Program-made: the position numbers and the translations under genes | The notes under the pieces: generated by a model | Database searches by the model: none | What the model was told of the DNA's origin: nothing | The model's input: the letters and a program-made list of their open reading frames with translations, nothing else | Assembly: GCA_032249235.1 (NCBI GenBank) | Contig: JAVVGF010000004.1 | Coordinates: 1 to 64,000, forward strand | Source of the DNA: Thermoproteota archaeon | GTDB lineage: Archaea > Thermoproteota > Thermoprotei > Gearchaeales > Gearchaeaceae | DNA length: 64,000 nucleotides | Direction of reading: 5' to 3' | Shown: positions 62,141-64,000 of the stretch, piece after piece | Position numbering within the stretch: position 1 is the stretch's first letter | Layout of the letters: every line of letters starts with the position of its first letter

Positions 62141-62705
62141 CAAAGCTTTAGTTATAAATAGGGAAGAAATTGAAATCCCCAATGATGTAGATGTTAAAGT
62201 TAGTGAGAATTATGTCCTAGAAATTAGTGGAAAACTTGGGAAAATAATAAGAGATCTTAGCCCATATAAATTAAAAATATCAAAAAATAAATATAGAATA
62301 TATAAAGAAAATAATAAGATAATTATTGAAACTATGATAAAAGGAAAAAGAGGTGTATCTCTTTTATATACTCTTGTTTCAAAAATAAAATCTGCAATTA
62401 AAGGAGTAAGAGAAGGATATACCTATAAATTAAAAATTGTCTATTCACACTTTCCTATTTCTATTAAAGTTAAAGGGAAAGAGGTATATATAGAAAATTT
62501 CATAGGTGAAAGAGCTCCTAGAATAGCTAAAATAATAGGAGATGCAACGAAGGTTGTAGTTAAAGGAGATGATATTGAAGTTACTGGTATAGATAAAGAT
62601 GAAGTGAGCCAAACTGCAGCAAACATTCAACAAGCTACGAAAATAAAAAAGAGGGATCCTAGAAAATTCCTTGACGGAATATACATATATTACAGAGGTA
62701 AGTGA
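62130..62705 (+). CDS. rpl6: 50S ribosomal protein L6
   Basis: YSHFP, NFIGE, D.R.F.DGIY. Confidence 0.97.
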   Translation: MSISKALVINREEIEIPNDVDVKVSENYVLEISGKLGKIIRDLSPYKLKISKNKYRIYKENNKIIIETMIKGKRGVSLLYTLVSKIKSAIKGVREGYTYKLKIVYSHFPISIKVKGKEVYIENFIGERAPRIAKIIGDATKVVVKGDDIEVTGIDKDEVSQTAANIQQATKIKKRDPRKFLDGIYIYYRGK

Positions 62706-62706
62706 A

Positions 62707-63096
62707 ATGAGCGAAAAAGAACTTAAGAAAGCATTGGAAATAAGAGAAATTCAAAAAAAGAAAATGCCAGATTTCGTGAGATCAGATTCATGGAAGGTTA
62801 AAAGATTAGAAGATTCAGGCTGGAGGAAACCAAAAGGCTTGGATAATAAAATGAGGATACAAAGGAAAGGATGGCCTCCTATAGTTAAGATCGGTTATAG
62901 AAAGATTAAACTTGCAAGATATTTGCATCCGTCAGGGCTTAAGGAAGTACTAGTGCATAATAAAAATGAACTGGAAGGTTTAGATCCTGAAAAGCATATT
63001 ATAAGAATAGCTTCAAGTGTAGGTAGAAAGAAAAGAATCGAAATAATAGAAGAAGCACAAAAATTAGGATTAAAAATAGCGAATCCTAGGATATGA
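62707..63096 (+). CDS. rpl32e: 50S ribosomal protein L32e
   Basis: P.F.R, WRKPKG.DNK.R, LHPSG; start ATG 62707. Confidence 0.97.
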   Translation: MSEKELKKALEIREIQKKKMPDFVRSDSWKVKRLEDSGWRKPKGLDNKMRIQRKGWPPIVKIGYRKIKLARYLHPSGLKEVLVHNKNELEGLDPEKHIIRIASSVGRKKRIEIIEEAQKLGLKIANPRI

Positions 63097-63524
63097 GCTT
63101 AGAATACGTAAAGGAGCTTGCTTCTAAAGTAGCAGGCGTAGGTAAATCTAGAATATACATCGACCCCCAATACTATGATAGGGTTTCTACTGTAATATCT
63201 AGAGAAGAAGTTAGAAAGTTAATAGAAGACGGTATAATAAAAATAAAACAAAAGAAAGGTCAAGTTTGGAGGAAAGAGAAAATAAAGAAGAGAAGGAAAA
63301 GAAGAGGTGCCGGTAGCAAGAAGGGAAAAAGAGTCAAGGTTAAAAAGAAAGAGTATGTTTTGCGTGTAAGAGGGTTAAGGAGATTTTTAAGAGAGTTATA
63401 TGATAAAGGTGCAATGGATTCAGAAACATATAGAAAACTTAGATTGATGATCAAAGCTGGCGTAATAAGAAGTAAGAGCAGGATAAAAAGCTACTTAGAA
63501 CAATTAAAAGGCAAGGTATCTTGA
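63093..63524 (+). CDS. rpl19e: 50S ribosomal protein L19e
   Basis: VG..RI.IDP, R..G.GS.KG, R.LRR.L. Confidence 0.96.
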   Translation: MSLEYVKELASKVAGVGKSRIYIDPQYYDRVSTVISREEVRKLIEDGIIKIKQKKGQVWRKEKIKKRRKRRGAGSKKGKRVKVKKKEYVLRVRGLRRFLRELYDKGAMDSETYRKLRLMIKAGVIRSKSRIKSYLEQLKGKVS

Positions 63525-63525
63525 G

Positions 63526-64000
63526 ATGCCATATAGGATAAAATTTAGAAGGAGGAGAGAAAATAAAACTAATTATTCAAAGAGGAAAATCTTCGTAATA
63601 TCTGGGAAGATACGTTTTTGTGTCAGGAGATCTAACAAGTATATTCTAGTTCAATTCATAAAGCCTGCAATACAAGGAGACATAACTCTTTTAGCAGTCA
63701 ATTCGATAAAACTGAAAAAATACGGCTGGCCTTTCTCATGCAAAAACTTGCCTGCAGCATACTTAACGGGATATTTGGCTGGTTTGAAAGCTCTTAAGCA
63801 AGGAATAAAAGAAGCTGTGCTCGATATAGGTCTTAGGACTCCTACTAAAGGCAATAGAATCTTTGCTGTAGTTAAAGGTGCAATAGATGCAGGCCTTAAA
63901 ATACCTGTTGGAGAAGAAGTTTTACCTAGCGAAGAAAGAATTAGAGGTTCGCATATAGTCGAGTATTTCAAAATTTTAAAAGAGAAAGGAGAACATGAGA
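63526..64000 (+). CDS. rpl18: 50S ribosomal protein L18 (runs off the window end)
   Basis: FRRRRE.KTNY, N.PAAYLTG, LDIGL, KGAIDAG. Confidence 0.96.
   Translation, partial: MPYRIKFRRRRENKTNYSKRKIFVISGKIRFCVRRSNKYILVQFIKPAIQGDITLLAVNSIKLKKYGWPFSCKNLPAAYLTGYLAGLKALKQGIKEAVLDIGLRTPTKGNRIFAVVKGAIDAGLKIPVGEEVLPSEERIRGSHIVEYFKILKEKGEHE

Noticed and set aside
1-64000. CRISPR arrays, transposases, integrases or proviral att sites
   Set aside because: No regularly spaced repeats, duplicated tRNA 3' ends or recombinase motifs were seen by eye

Overview
AT-rich, very compact core-genome window of an archaeon of the TACK/Thermoproteota group. The placement is inferred from an unsplit rpoB, split rpoA'/A'', L38e, Elf1, SmAP3, no EF-2 in the S12-S7-EF1a-S10 cluster, and a PolD remnant; the exact lineage cannot be fixed without a search. 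The window holds the 5' end and leader of the 16S rRNA gene, RNase P RNA, seven tRNAs, RNA-processing and proteostasis genes, the RNA polymerase/str cluster and the S10-spc ribosomal cluster. No CRISPR array or mobile element was seen. The most unusual items are: (1) a tRNA-Ser(UGA) with a 13-nt bulge-helix-bulge intron at position 8/9, whose leader carries an exact decoy copy of the 5' acceptor strand; (2) a shortened, apparently catalytically dead PolD large subunit (DP2) that keeps its Zn fingers and a C-terminal PIP-like box; (3) an 8-gene coupled operon of a TFB paralog, type IV pilus machinery and a dead HerA/VirB4-like ATPase; (4) a wHTH + ATP-cone + degenerate class III RNR fusion; (5) an ORB-DUE-ORB replication origin with no adjacent orc1/cdc6; (6) an L37e gene with no canonical start codon; (7) tRNAs abutting downstream start codons. 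All protein assignments come from motif recognition by eye, not database searches.
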